In this document: positions 44,379 through 56,497 of the stretch, in pieces
Layout of the letters: each line of letters starts with the position of its first letter
Position numbering within the stretch: position 1 is the stretch's first letter
Source: Carpediemonas membranifera BICM
Taxonomy: Eukaryota; Protista; Fornicata
NCBI GenBank assembly: GCA_019828565.1
Contig: JAHDYR010000035.1
Coordinates: 62,001-126,000, forward strand
Direction of reading: 5' to 3'
DNA length: 64,000 bases
Notes under the pieces: generated by a model
Told to the model about the DNA's origin: nothing
The model's input: only the letters and a program-made list of their open reading frames with translations
The model's database searches: none
Translations under genes and position numbers: made by a program

Positions 44379-46336
44379 CAAGCCATCTTCAAGATCTCTC
44401 TCACCACCTCTCACACTCGCACATCCCTCCTCAACGTCTCTCTCCTCCTCCGAGACTCCTCACATTTCCCACGATAGCCCGTCATCAGCTCTGGTCCGCC
44501 TCGGGAGCGCCCTCAGACGTGGTCTCGTGGATCGAGGCAGGCGTCCCGATCGAGATCACCGGGTCGCCACGTCAGCCCAAGCCCCGACCCCTATCGCCCG
44601 CGGCCTCCGAGTGCCTCCGACCACTCATGCAGGAGCTCGTCAAGTCCCAAGTCGTGCGCATCTGCAGTCGCAGGCCTCGTCTAGTCTCCCCCATATTCAC
44701 TACTCCAAAGTCCGACGGCTCCCCACGACTGATACACGATCTCAGAACGTTGAACGACGTCACGAAGGAGCGGAGGGTGTTCCGCCTTTTTGGCCTCAAG
44801 CGCCTCTTGGAGATCGCAGCCCCGGACGACAGCGCAGTGAAGCTAGACCTACGCTCAGGCTACTACCAACTCGGCGTGAAGCCATCGGACAGAACGCTTC
44901 TCGGCTTTGCCTACGCCGGCCAGTTCTACCAGTTCCAGGTGCTTCCATTCGGCTGGACAGCAGCGCCTTATGTGTTTCAGCGCGTCATGATATCCGCCGC
45001 GTCCATCATATCCCACCGCTTCGGGGTGAAGGTAGCTGTATATCTGGACGACTGGGCCGTCCTAGCACCGCAGAGCCACCTCAAGCGTGTAGTCCCCGGT
45101 ATCGTCAAGTGCATGCAGCAGCTAGGCCTCATCCTCAACCTGGCCAAGTCAATGCTGACTCCTGGCAGGGTGATAGAGTACCTAGGCTTCAGGGTCGACC
45201 TGTCCGCGAGACGCATCACTATCACGCAGGCGAAAGCCACCAAGTACGCGGCGAAACTGGACGAAGCTCTACTCGTGCCACCATCAGGGCTGGAGTGGCA
45301 GTCCCTCCTAGGCAAGCTCTCGTTCGCGTCTATCGCATGGCAGGACGGCAGGGCATGGCTTCGACCCCTTCAGGTCTCCGCAGCCCCCAACACTCCCCAA
45401 GCAGAACGAGCTCTGCAAGAGTGGGCCAGACGAATGAGGAACGTGCCTCATCGGTCGTTCGACAGCCTTATGACCCTGTGGGGCATGCATCCGGCGACAG
45501 ATGTCACCGTTATATCAGACGCGTCGGACGAGGGGATGGGAGCTGTCATCCGGCAGCCGGGTGCCCCCGATATACAGCTGTCCCTTCCCGTGCCACCCTC
45601 ACTGGCACACTTGCATATCACCGCCAAGGAGTTCCTGGCCTCGGTGACCGCTGTGCGCCGTCTGCTCGAGTCCTCGGGCTTAGACCTGCAGGGCAGGGAG
45701 ATAACGGTGTTCTCCGACTCGACGGCGGCAGTTGGTTGGCTCAACAAGCAGGCCTCCACTCGCGCGCCACCAGAGGTGGTCTCCGAGTCGCTGTCCTTCT
45801 TCACGCTCCTATCGGAGAGAGGCGTCAGCTTGAGGGCTCGACACACCGCAGGCCACCTGAATATAGCCGCCGACTCGCTGTCAAGGTTCACCAAGACGGA
45901 CTGGCAAACCCCGGCGGGCGTGCTCCGCCGCATGTTAGACTCGTGGGGGCCGGCCGAGGTCGACTTGACTGGTCACCCCACGAAGGAGCTGCTCCTCCCG
46001 TCGTACACCAGCCGCTCCGTGCCGTTCTCCGGAGACGGTCTGAACCAGAACTGGTGCGGTCGGAGAGTCTTCCTTGCGCCCCCCTGGGCCATGGTCCCAA
46101 AGGTGCTAGCCAAGCTCTACCGTATCATAGAGCCTCTAGGAGACCGAGACCCTCGACAACTACGCTCCGTAACGTTTCTGGTCTTGCCGGACATCAGGTC
46201 CGCTCCTATAAAAAGGCTGGCGCCCGAGAAGATGTACTTCTCAATCCCAGCACAGCCAGGGTCAGAGCTGCCAGGCGCCAATGGAAAGCACAGACTAGTC
46301 GCCCTGTGCCTTCCGACGCGTTTGTCACAGGCCTAA
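44051..46336 (+). CDS. DIRS-3 RT-RH-MT (uninterrupted)
   Basis: LDLRSGYYQ, LPFGW, YLDD, SDAS, NIAADSLSR, WGPAEVD, LAPPW. Confidence 0.93.
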   Translation: MDRAHIPYDALRGADRHRRHLARALRTPPISRHQGPLRLPGSRSCEHRFKGFHRHPAERRPTRRCCHTPTGARAAHSSHAGKISPSGPGSARALRLQGGQARTEKKPPVTSHLQDLSHHLSHSHIPPQRLSPPPRLLTFPTIARHQLWSASGAPSDVVSWIEAGVPIEITGSPRQPKPRPLSPAASECLRPLMQELVKSQVVRICSRRPRLVSPIFTTPKSDGSPRLIHDLRTLNDVTKERRVFRLFGLKRLLEIAAPDDSAVKLDLRSGYYQLGVKPSDRTLLGFAYAGQFYQFQVLPFGWTAAPYVFQRVMISAASIISHRFGVKVAVYLDDWAVLAPQSHLKRVVPGIVKCMQQLGLILNLAKSMLTPGRVIEYLGFRVDLSARRITITQAKATKYAAKLDEALLVPPSGLEWQSLLGKLSFASIAWQDGRAWLRPLQVSAAPNTPQAERALQEWARRMRNVPHRSFDSLMTLWGMHPATDVTVISDASDEGMGAVIRQPGAPDIQLSLPVPPSLAHLHITAKEFLASVTAVRRLLESSGLDLQGREITVFSDSTAAVGWLNKQASTRAPPEVVSESLSFFTLLSERGVSLRARHTAGHLNIAADSLSRFTKTDWQTPAGVLRRMLDSWGPAEVDLTGHPTKELLLPSYTSRSVPFSGDGLNQNWCGRRVFLAPPWAMVPKVLAKLYRIIEPLGDRDPRQLRSVTFLVLPDIRSAPIKRLAPEKMYFSIPAQPGSELPGANGKHRLVALCLPTRLSQA

Positions 46337-46549
46337 GCGAGCATGCGATGTTCGGTGGCCTCGCCCGGGCCACACGGCAAGACTACGCGAGGACCCTTGC
46401 GGGCTTCCTGGCCTACGCGTCCACACTCCCCCCGGTCGAGGCAGCCAAGCGCTGGGCTGACGAACAGGCCCAAACCGCTGGAAAGGACCGCATCATGGCC
46501 AAGGCCGGGGTGATAGTCAGGTTTGCCCACCGCGTGCTTCCAGACACCT

Positions 46550-46631
46550 TGTCGGTTGAAATCATTTACAGTAAACCGCAGCGGGGTAAAAGTGGTCAAA
46601 ACTGGACGGAGCAGTTTATAGACCGGTGACA
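46550..46631 (-). repeat. 3' LTR of Gypsy-C (82 bp)
   Basis: TGTC...GACA termini; identical to 50827-50908. Confidence 0.95.
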
Positions 46632-46689
46632 CTACCTCCCTTTTTGATGAGAAAACCCCCAACCTGCAAGGAACGGGGGAAAAAGATGG

Positions 46690-49600
46690 TTAGTAGAGTT
46701 TCAGGTTCTTCCTCGCCTTACGGGCCAACCTCTTCATCTCCTCGAGGTGTTTCACTCCCGAGAGTGGTTCTTCCGTTATGTTTTCGAATCCTACCCACTT
46801 GATGGCGGCTGTCCCTTCTTTCCAGTCTACCGATACTACTCGCTCTACCTCCCATTTTTTCTGGTCGAAGCTTGCAAGTTGAATCATCATCGTGTCCGTT
46901 ACGGCATCCGTGTCGAACATCATGAGTTTTTCAATGTGGGTTGATCTGGTCGATCCGTCGAGTATCGACTGCAGGACTATTCTGTTATTATCAAGTACAT
47001 CGAGTACCTTCCATGGGCCCCTGTTGCGCGCGTCTAGCTTCTGAGGGGCCTCATCTTTCCAGAGGACGTAGTCACCCGGCTTCAGTTCGGTGTTGACTAT
47101 TGTCTTTTGGCCCGGGCCCACACTCTCTCTGGCAGTGGTCTCCCAGGGCGTTAAGGGCCAGCTCCAGGTCCTTTTTGAACTCTGGGAAATCTCTGATCGG
47201 AGAGTTGTTGTCGTTCGTCCACCAGCTTGTAAACATGTTGTGCTCATGGCCAAATATCAGCTCGTGCGGGGAGAACTTCGTGGCCGTATGTGTCGTGCCG
47301 TTGATAATCATCTGGACCGTCGGTAGGAGTCCGCACCACTGGTCTTTGTAGGCTATTGCCAGGACAAGCCACCGTAGGTGTCTTCCAATCTCCGCATTCC
47401 TTCTCTCCACGAGACCATTGCTCTGTGGATGAAACGGGATGGTGAAGTGGTGTGCGACTTTCAATGACGTTGTGAGTTGTTCAACTATCGAGTTCGCGTA
47501 CTCCGGGCCGCCGTCGGACAGAATCTCCGCCGGTATCCCGTGTCGCGTGAAAACGTGGTCCCATAGGGCCCTGGCGGAGGTCTCGGCGTCGATCGATGCG
47601 ACTGCGACGAGCTCGGTGTATCTTGTAAACATGTCTACAGCCACAATGATGTAGCGAGCGCCCAGCGAATCCGTTGGGAGAGGGCCAATTGTGTCGACTG
47701 CCACTGTCTCCCATGGTCTGGTGCGTCTTGTCTGGCCCTTTTGGGCGATAAAGTAGTCCTTGATGCGAGTCTTCAGACAAATGGGGCACGTCTTGATGTG
47801 CTTTTTGACGTCCAAGAGCATCCCCGGCCAAAAATGCAGACGTGGCGAGTGCTTGGAACGTTGAATTTGCTCCCGTATGAAATTGGTGAGCGGTCCGAAG
47901 GGCCTTGTCGCGTGTCTCTCCCTTGGGGATAATCGGCACTCCGTCCTTGAAGTAGATCGAGTTTTCGATGGATACTCCCTCTAGTTTCTCCCAGCCGACT
48001 CGAGTTGACTCAGGTGCCATGGCCTGGGCAGCCTGGATCAACTCAAGGGTCAGCCCTGGGCCGGCGTCCTCCGCCTCTAGCAGGTTCAGCTGCGGCCCGA
48101 GGTCCCCCTCGGGGAAGGATACGCGACAGCATGTCTGCCATCTTGTTTGTCTCTCCAGCAATATGCTCGATCGTAATGTTGTAGTCCGACAAGACAGACG
48201 TCCACCTGAGGAGTTTCTTGGAAAGCTCCTTCCTCTGCATGAGATATACCAGATTCTGGTGGTCGGTGCGGATCTGTATGTTGTCCTTGAGGCGGAAAAG
48301 TTGAGCCATGTCAGGTCTCGTGAGACAAAAGATGATAGCATGAAGCTCTTGTTCGTAGGTCGGCCACCTAGTCTGGGTTGGCGTATGACACTTTGCGAAG
48401 AGCGAGACGATCTCTCGGTTGCCGGAGTCGTCTTCTTGGAACAGAATGCCCCCTAGTCCGTCGTTCGACGCGTCCGTCTCGAGGGTCCACTTCTTTGAGA
48501 AGTCGGGGAAATGGAGGACTGTGTCTGAGCTGAGTCTCTCCTTGAACGTTGTAAACGCCTCTTCTTGTTTGGGGTTCCAAGTTATGTTCTTTGAGTTCTC
48601 CTGTGCCGTTAGCATCTCGTTGAGAGGTTTGAGGATTCGTGATGAGTCCGGGACGAACTGGGCGACATAGTTGAATGATCCCAGTGTCCTCTGAAGCTCC
48701 TTTGCGGTGGACGGGAGCGGTATGGCGTTTACCGCCTCTACCTTCTCTGGGGCAAGTTGTTTCCCCTTCTCCGAGACAATATACCCGACGGCCTCGACGT
48801 GGGCTGAGCCTATCGTGCACTTCGGGCCTTTAAGGCGCAGTGAATAATGTCTACAGATCCTGAAGACGGTTTTGATCAGGGTGAGAAACTGGGCCTCGGT
48901 CTTGGCGTAAATCAAGATGTCGTCAAGATAGATGTCCACCCCTTTGTGGAGGACCTCGGCGAACGCCTTCTGCATGGCGCGTTGGAATCTCGCCGGGGCG
49001 TTCATCAGGCCGAATGGACATCTGGTGAACTCGCAGTATGCGTCTGGAGTGACAAAAGCGGTTTTGGGGATATCTTCCTCGTGCATCCGCATCTGGTAGT
49101 AGCCTTGTCTGAGGTCTAGGCCTGCAAAGTATTTGCAGCCTGATGCTCGGTCTACAAACTCGCGCGTGTTAGGCAGGGGGAAGTTATCCCTCACTGTCTT
49201 GGAGTTTAACTCCTTGTAGTCAATGCAAAGACGGATCTTGGTCGATCCTTTGTGGCCCTGCCTGACTACTACGATCGGCGAGCTGTACGGCCCAGTCGAG
49301 TCCTGGATTATCCCGTCTCGCCTGAGTTGTTCTAGCTCTGTCGACACCAGGCCTTGGGTCACTGGGTCGAGTCTGCGAGCGCGGCATTGTACCATTGCCC
49401 GCTCGTCTATCAGTTCAATCGACATGGGTTCCAGTCGAGACCCTTCCTTGGGTAGTTCTTCCTCGAAGATATCGTCAAATGAGTTGATTATCTCGAGAAT
49501 CTCGGGTCGGATCTTCGACTCCGGGACGTGGACACCACAGTAGTCGTCGGTTATCGCCATGTTTGCGTCCTCCGTGAGATATTCATGGTAGAACGGCAGC

Positions 49601-50805
49601 CAGTCCTCGTCCTCCTCAATTGAGGAGAGCTTGTGCAGGTTAAGGTTGAGTGTGCCATCGCCAATGAGTGCGAGTGACCTCAGCAAGTCACACCCGATGA
49701 GAGCCTTGAAGAACTCACCGGGGAGTACGTAGTACTTCCATGTAACCTCCAACGGTGTGACACCTAGTGCTGGGAATGCTGCCTTAAATGTGACTGCTTG
49801 ATCTGTCACGAGGGAGCGTCCGTCTCCTAGCGTGACCTTGATCTTTTCCTCGAGAGAGGTCTGCACTGTGTCCTTGGGTAGGGTACGTAGTGCCTTCGAA
49901 CTAATGAAGCTTCGGCTTGCACCAGTGTCTACAACGAACGAGTAAGTTTTGCCTTTTACAGTAGCGGGGGTCGTCAGTGGACCCTTCCCGCCCTTCTCGT
50001 TAGTCGACGCGCTGTCGGCGTTGTTGTTCTCGCTGTAGCGGGGGTGCTTATCGCATCTGAAGTCCATGTGGGGACCGCCACAGAAACGACAGGGGCGCGA
50101 CGGCTTCTTGGGTCCGTCGGCCGGCGGGCGCTTGGCCGCGTCCGGGCGGTACTGGGCCTTCCTGGCCTGGGCCGGGGCCTTGGGTCCGCCGGCCGGGGTT
50201 TGCGAGAGGGGTTGATCATGGTCATACGCCCTAGCAGCCCTAAGAGCCACCGCTACGGTGTCCTCGAAGGTCTTGACGTTGTGGAGAGCAAGCAAGGTCT
50301 GTGCCTTCTTGCGGAATGCTGTCGGGTTCAGGGACTCCCTGAAGAGCCGTGCAGCCAGCTTATCAAAGCTTGCGAGCAGTTCGTCGGCATTGGGGTTGTC
50401 GTCGATGGGTTCCAAGAACCCTTCTGGGTCTGGCGTCTTGGAGTAGAGCTCGATGCGCTTGCGGAATGCTGCCGCTTGTAGTCTCGTGCCAGCTTCGAAG
50501 TTGCGTGCGGTGCTCGGCACCATGGGGAAACGAAGGTCTTGGAGCTCTTCGACGAGTGCTAAGATGGAGTGGGGAAGGAGCCGCTGGCGACACCATTCGG
50601 TGAAGTTCTTGTGAGTGTAGTTCTTGTCGGATGTGTCTATGCCTTCGGCCTTGAGTTCGAGGGCAAATGACTCCTCAATGAGGACGGACAGTGGGATGCT
50701 TGGGTTTTGTATAGTAAAAATCGTTGCTCGGCGCTCAAACTCCTCAAGAGTCTCTAGTGTTAGATTTGAAGGAGAAAGCTCAGGAATTTGAACAGTTAAC
50801 GACAT
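46690..50805 (-). CDS. Gypsy-C gag-pol polyprotein (several single-base frameshifts)
   Basis: CRFCGGPHMDFRC knuckle, VDTGAS, YLDD, ETDAS, ADMLSR, CPIC, VDTIGP, SDGG, QSNGLVER, WEVERVV..IKWVGF. Confidence 0.93.
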
Positions 50806-50826
50806 CAGCACAGCTAATACTAGTAT

Positions 50827-50908
50827 TGTCGGTTGAAATCATTTACAGTAAACCGCAGCGGGGTAAAAGTGGTCAAAACTGGACGGAGCAGTTTATAGAC
50901 CGGTGACA
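50827..50908 (-). repeat. 5' LTR of Gypsy-C (82 bp)
   Basis: Identical to 46550-46631. Confidence 0.95.
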
Positions 50909-50912
50909 ACCT

Positions 50913-51600
50913 ACGCCCTCGCCGAGGACTTCTGGCCAATCGTAGCAGAAGCAGCTACGGCCTCGACGACAGCAGCACACGGCCCCGCGGCACCTGTCAG
51001 GCTCAAGTGGATCAATGCAGTCCTCACCCGGACACCCGAGGACCTCATGTGCCACCAGTGGCGGCAGATAATGACATTCGCGCTGACGTGTTATGCCTCC
51101 GTGTCGCGCCCTGGTGAGGTCCTGGCCCTATCACGCAGGGACATCATCGAGACCCCCGACGGCATCGTCATCACCATCCGGCGGACTAAGACCGGCATGA
51201 CCAACGTCCGAAAGATGATTCCTCTCGCGCAGGGCGACCCCTGTCGCCAGCGACCTGGCTACATGACCACCTGGCCGCCATAGGGGACGTTGATGTACTT
51301 GAGCCTATCTGGCGGACGACGGACCAGTACGGCAACCTCGCTCCCGGTCACCGCCCGGTGGCATTCTCCGAGCTGGCGGACAGCTTCAAAAGCCAGTTCG
51401 GACATGGCGCAAGGCTCCACGGCCTTTGTCGAGGTGCAGCAGCGGACATGATCTTGGCGGGCGTCCCAGTAGTCGTAGTGATGGCAAAGGGAACATGGAA
51501 GGATTCTAACTCACTATTGAGGTATATTGAGGACACTATTCGGTTAGATAGAGTAACATCAAGGGTTTGCTTCACGCATCCCTCTGTTCGTGAGCTGTGA
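50913..51600 (+). pseudogene. DIRS-3 tyrosine recombinase catalytic part
   Basis: VSRPGE, KTG, HGLCRGA (Arg to Cys), GTWK, LLRY; frameshift near 51245. Confidence 0.85.
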
Positions 51601-51814
51601 GAGGCTGAACAGATCTAAATGAGAGAGAAAAATGCGAATCCGCGCGAGGATTATGTTATAGGAGAAAATGAGTAGCAAGGTAACTAGCTAGGGCTCCACA
51701 TCGCCACCATATGGGTCATCGGCAGTTTTGGTGACATAAACTGCACCCCAGAGAAAGAGGGAAGAGTGTGGTTGGACGACCGGGACAGGCCCCATGGAGT
51801 GGTCAGACAGGTAA

Positions 51815-52417
51815 GTGTATCACTGTCTGCCTTCAGACTGCGAACCGCTGGAGGCTGCGGCTAGGTCAGCCGGGGCACACGCGACCCCGCCCCTCACTCA
51901 GGCAATTGCCTTTGGCCTGGTGACGTTTGCGACAGTGTCGCGAGCAGGCGAGATCAGGGCACTCAAGACAGAGGATGAGAGGCACGGCGGAGCAGACGGC
52001 GCGCTGGAGATTACGATACGACACACAAAGACAAGGGATGAAGCGACGCTGAAGTTGGTTCCCTCAGCCGACGACCAGCTGCGGTCACCAGCCTGGTGGC
52101 TCGCCAAGCACATGAGTAACCTACCAGATGAAGGCCCCTTGTGGCGTTCGTACACCCATAGCCAGGCAACACTACGAGAGAGCCGGTCTGCGTTGAAGGG
52201 GGCACTGGAGCCGTGGGCGCGATTCGAAATGATGATGGACCTCGAGGAAGTATTCAAGGCCACCGGGTATTCCTTCCGCCGCGGCGCCACAGTACATCTG
52301 GTTGAATCTGGAACTCCAATGGAAGTGATGCAAGCCTTGGGGGGATGGCGGGCGCAAGACTCAGTACAAACGTACATCAGTGAAGCAATACGACTGTCCA
52401 GAAGCGCATGGAGCTGA
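51815..52417 (+). pseudogene. Isolated DIRS-type YR catalytic domain (DIRS-4)
   Basis: VSRAGE, HTKT, YSFRRGA, GGWR, VQTY. Confidence 0.85.
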
Positions 52418-52898
52418 GCTAACTGTAGATAGAAGATATAGAAGATAAGAAGAGCACAATGTGTACAAATGAGTGTTAAACATAAGAACAGAAGCGAAGA
52501 CAGAGACCAAAGAACCATTATGCCCAGTTGCAAAGTCAAGGTCATGTTGGAAAAACTAACGTCAGAAGAGGAGGGGCTGATGACCATATAGGGTCTATAG
52601 AACTCGGTAAGGGGAGTCTCAATTATATTTTGATTTTATGATGGCGGGATACATTAATTGGAGACTTCGACTGTAGTCGACTAACAGTCGGCATATCATC
52701 GATATGTAAGCTATCACGCCTCGGGCGTGGCTCACGCCCTGACACTGCTGGGTCAGGGTGTGTCAGAACAGAAGGATTCCGGGGACACGAGAAAGATGGT
52801 CAAAATATTTTGAAAATCTCGAAAGACATGATTGTGGATACGGTCTTGATCCGTCCCGATCGCGAGCAGATCGTATCCCTCCAGCAGAAACCGTGAGG

Positions 52899-53438
52899 AT
52901 GGCCGAAGGCGACGCGGATAACGCTGATCCGCCGCCTGTCACCATGGAGAGCCTTGCTGAGCTCATACAACAGCAGCAGAACGTCATTACGGCACTCCGT
53001 TCGGAGGTTTCATCGGTTAAGGACAGTACACGGGACCCGAGACGCCCGTCTCGGATAGGAGCCGTTGCTAAGGAGTACGACCACCTCCGCGAGACACTTG
53101 CCGACATCAGAGGTATCCTCAACAACCCGGAGATGACGCACGTCACCCAGATCGAAGCCGCGATCGAGGCGGTCTTCGAGCGCAGACTCGAGTTCCTACG
53201 GCTATATGACAGCCACTCCGACACCGCTGCGCGCTACTTCATGGCTATTTCGCGAGAAGAACGAGACCCGCAACGCTTCGTAGTGCTGGCCGCCAAGGCG
53301 GCCAAGACCACCCCACCGCCTCCTCGACCCAAGCGGTTCCAGAGAGGCTTCGGCGGCTTCAGCCGCAACTCTCCCCGCTTCAACAACAACAAACGTCGTG
53401 CCCCGGCAAGCGACCTCGGACCGGGGCGGGCCCAGTAG
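52899..53438 (+). CDS. DIRS-5 gag-like ORF
   Basis: VAKEYDHL..VFERRLEFLRLYD, with a basic tail. Confidence 0.7.
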   Translation: MAEGDADNADPPPVTMESLAELIQQQQNVITALRSEVSSVKDSTRDPRRPSRIGAVAKEYDHLRETLADIRGILNNPEMTHVTQIEAAIEAVFERRLEFLRLYDSHSDTAARYFMAISREERDPQRFVVLAAKAAKTTPPPPRPKRFQRGFGGFSRNSPRFNNNKRRAPASDLGPGRAQ

Positions 53439-53467
53439 AGGCCAGAGAAGGGTTAAGCCTGAACCCG

Positions 53468-55270
53468 ATGACTATAAAAGGCTCGATATACTTCGAAGAG
53501 TTTGATTGCAATGGAAAGAGAAGAAGCACAAGAAGATCAGCAAGACACCTCCACCCCGTGTATACAGGGGCTGACGGGCTCGATGAGCCGTCGGTGGATG
53601 AGGTGGGAGGCCCTCGGGGCCAGCAGGGAGGTGGTGCAGCTGTTACGAGAGGGAGAAAGGTCACCCCGGCAGCACCGGCGCTCAATGCGCACCTCCAGAA
53701 GGAGACAGACACGATGAAGGCTCTACTAGAGGAGCTACTGCAACAGAAAGCAATAGAGAAGGGCGAGGCGACGACAATATGCCCCCTGTTCACATTAGAG
53801 AAGAAGATCGCAGGCAGATACCGTCTGATACACGACCTGAGACCGGTCAATGCATACCAAGAGGACCTAACATTCAGGCTGAAGGGCCTAGCAGAGATAC
53901 AGCATGGCGTTCCGAGAAACTCGTGGGGAATAACATTGGATATGAAGTCCGGGTACTACCAGCTCCTAGTGGAGGAGAACTCACGACAGGAACTCGGATT
54001 CTCGTTCGAGGGAGAACAATACAGATGGAGAGGACTCCCTTTTGGCCTTTCAACGGCGCCACGGCAGTTTCAGTCGGTTACGTCACAGATGGCGAAGATC
54101 TTGCGCTCACTTCTCGAAGGACTGATAATATACGTGTATCTGGACGATCTGCTCATAATCAGTCGCTCGAGAGAGTCGTTGAGCGCCCAGGTCCCACGGA
54201 TCTTAGAGATCTTGGACTCACTTGGAGTCGTCCTATCGAGAGAGAAGTGCCACTTGACCCCGTCCCAGAGGGTAACTTACTTGGGCGTGATAGTCGACTT
54301 GCGCGAGATGACGATGTCGCTGCCAGAGGAGAAGAGGGCTCAGTACAGCAGACTCATAGCCAACCTGCAACTCAAGAGACACACAAAGCGGGACCTTCAG
54401 ACCCTTCACGGAAAGCTCCTCTTCTGCCGGTTCGCACTGGGGACGCGGGCACTTGTCCGGCTCAGAGAGCTGCAGGTCAGGATCGCTGGCTGCGACGGCC
54501 GAGTGCGGTACCCAAAGTCCAGCCTGCCCCAGGACCTACGAACGGGCCTGCGGTGGTGGGCCAGACAGCAATCATCCGATCCGGCATGGTACTTCGGCCC
54601 AAGAGGCCAGGTACTTCGTATGGAGACCGACGCGTCGGACGATGCGTTCGGCGCGACGTTGTTTGTCGAAGACACGTCCCTCAACATCCAGGGCAGGTTC
54701 TCAGAGGCACAATGCTCCAAGAGCATCAACGCGAAGGAGCTATGGGCAATGGAGGAAGGCCTGCGGAGATGGACGAGCGACATTCAGGAGAGGGACCTAC
54801 TCCTGCCGGGGACAACACATCAGCGCTTTCATGGGTCCTGAAGTCAAGCACCAGAGCTCCCCGACACATCAGAAGGACGATTGTGGAGCTTCACGACTAC
54901 TTGTTCGAGATTGGCTGCAGGATAAGAACCAAGCACATTCCAGGGAGATACAACACGACTGCCGACGGGCTGTCCAGGTACCGGAAGCTGGACTGGAACT
55001 CACCCGCGGCGATGCTCCAGAGCGCGCTGGAACGATGGGGGTCAGTAGACCGATCACTCTTCTGCGCGGAGAGATTCCTGCCGGAGGACCACGACTTCCA
55101 GACGGACGCATTTACACGCAATTGGTCAGAGATGAGGTCATTGGCGGTCCCACCAGTCAGCCTACTGGACAAGGTCATCGCCAGGGCGGAGGAGATCGCC
55201 ACGTCAGACGAGACGCACCCCGCACTGCAGCAGAGAGGCCTATTAGTCATCGCACCACAGCGCAGGACGA
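53468..55270 (+). pseudogene. DIRS-5 RT-RH-MT, 3'-truncated, frameshifted
   Basis: LDMKSGYYQ, LPFGL, YLDD, ETDAS, KEL, NTTADGLSR, DAFTRNW..VPP. Confidence 0.88.
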
Positions 55271-55271
55271 A

Positions 55272-55372
55272 CTCCCCCGGCTCTCTTCCCCCCGGGCGCT
55301 CTCCCTGCCGCTCTCCTGCCGCTCTCCACCGCCGTTCTCCTCCCGGCGCTTGTTCCTTGGCCGCTCGCTCTC
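55272..55372. repeat. Degenerate CT-rich minisatellite similar to 7126-7400
   Basis: Contains CCCCCGGGCGCTCTCCC; begins where DIRS-5 homology ends. Confidence 0.65.
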
Positions 55373-55850
55373 TATATTGAAGTTAAATGGTGTTTATTAC
55401 TCCTATTGATGGTAATAAGGCCTCATCAGTGCTTCGCACGGCTAACAACTAACGCCACAAGCTGAAACTGATGATTCACTACGTTAAACGAGAAAGTGAG
55501 AGAACCGTTTGTTGATATTGTTATATAGGCTGTATTTGCGCACCAAACGCTCCTGTTACTGTCTTAATTGCCGATATCGTAGTGGCAAATTGGCCACTAT
55601 TTCGCAGAATAATGCAACACTTCTCTATGCTGACCACAGAGCTCGATACCTCACCGGCGGAAGCTTTTATGGCGTATTACACGCTTAACTCACTTCAGAC
55701 TGAAAGGATTTATTCGTCCTCGCTTCAGTCACTGAAGTCCTGCACCTTTGTGAGAGTCTGCTGCTGGGCATCACGTCAATTGAAGAGTTAGATTTAGCCT
55801 TTTTTGCGCTGGCGAAGAGGGATGCTTCGCTTAGAGACAGGGGCGACAAC

Positions 55851-56096
55851 ATGATTCAATTCACTGACACTCAACTAGACTATGCCATCGAGAAGGTCAC
55901 ATTGCCGGATGGGCAGAACGGCTCAACCTGTCGCGTGAAGTGGATAGGCTACCATCACCCAACAACATGTCCGGCCACAGAGGAGCTGAAACGTTTTGCA
56001 AGAGAGGTGGAAGAAACGGCAGGTCCTGCGCGTGCTCACAAGCGTGCCACCAAAAACTACTTCACAGGTACTCCGAGAACATTGGCTGAACTGTAA
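55851..56096 (+). CDS. Small chromodomain-like ORF
   Basis: DYAIEKV..CRVKWIGYHHPT. Confidence 0.55.
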   Translation: MIQFTDTQLDYAIEKVTLPDGQNGSTCRVKWIGYHHPTTCPATEELKRFAREVEETAGPARAHKRATKNYFTGTPRTLAEL

Positions 56097-56497
56097 ATCG
56101 TTTAAACAATTACGTACAGCTTTCATGACTTTCATGACTCCGCCGCGGCGGGGCTCTCACGACCACGCCCCTGCCGGCACTATGATCGTTAACAAGGCCG
56201 CTGTCGAGAGCGACGATGAGTTCTTCCTCTTCTCATGGGCCGCGCCCTCTTCACCAACAAGGCCGTCCACTATCACTGCTCGGGAACACCCTTCCCCCAG
56301 CATTACCCTTCAGGACGGTGTTAATCATAACAACATATTGGATCATGTAGTTTTATTTACAGCTTCAGTCATTCCATCTATCGTCAGGTGTATCCAGATC
56401 GGACAGAGAGATGGGTCTTTTCAGACTCTGCATCCCCGCTTCGTGCAGGATGCGGTTCGCGTGCCTGACTGTCATGGGGGGACTACCCCAGAGCGAA

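Larger units (their letters stand above)
46550..50908 (-). mobile_element. Complete Ty3/Gypsy chromovirus-like element (Gypsy-C)
   Basis: Identical 82-bp LTRs 46550-46631 and 50827-50908; TSD ACCT (46546-46549, 50909-50912); PPT AAAAAGGGAGGTAG at 46632-46645. Confidence 0.95.
43797..51600 (+). mobile_element. DIRS-type YR retrotransposon (DIRS-3), interrupted by Gypsy-C
   Basis: gag 43860-44378, RT-RH-MT 44051-46336; YR frame split at the ACCT TSD (LPDT|YALAEDF). Confidence 0.88.
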
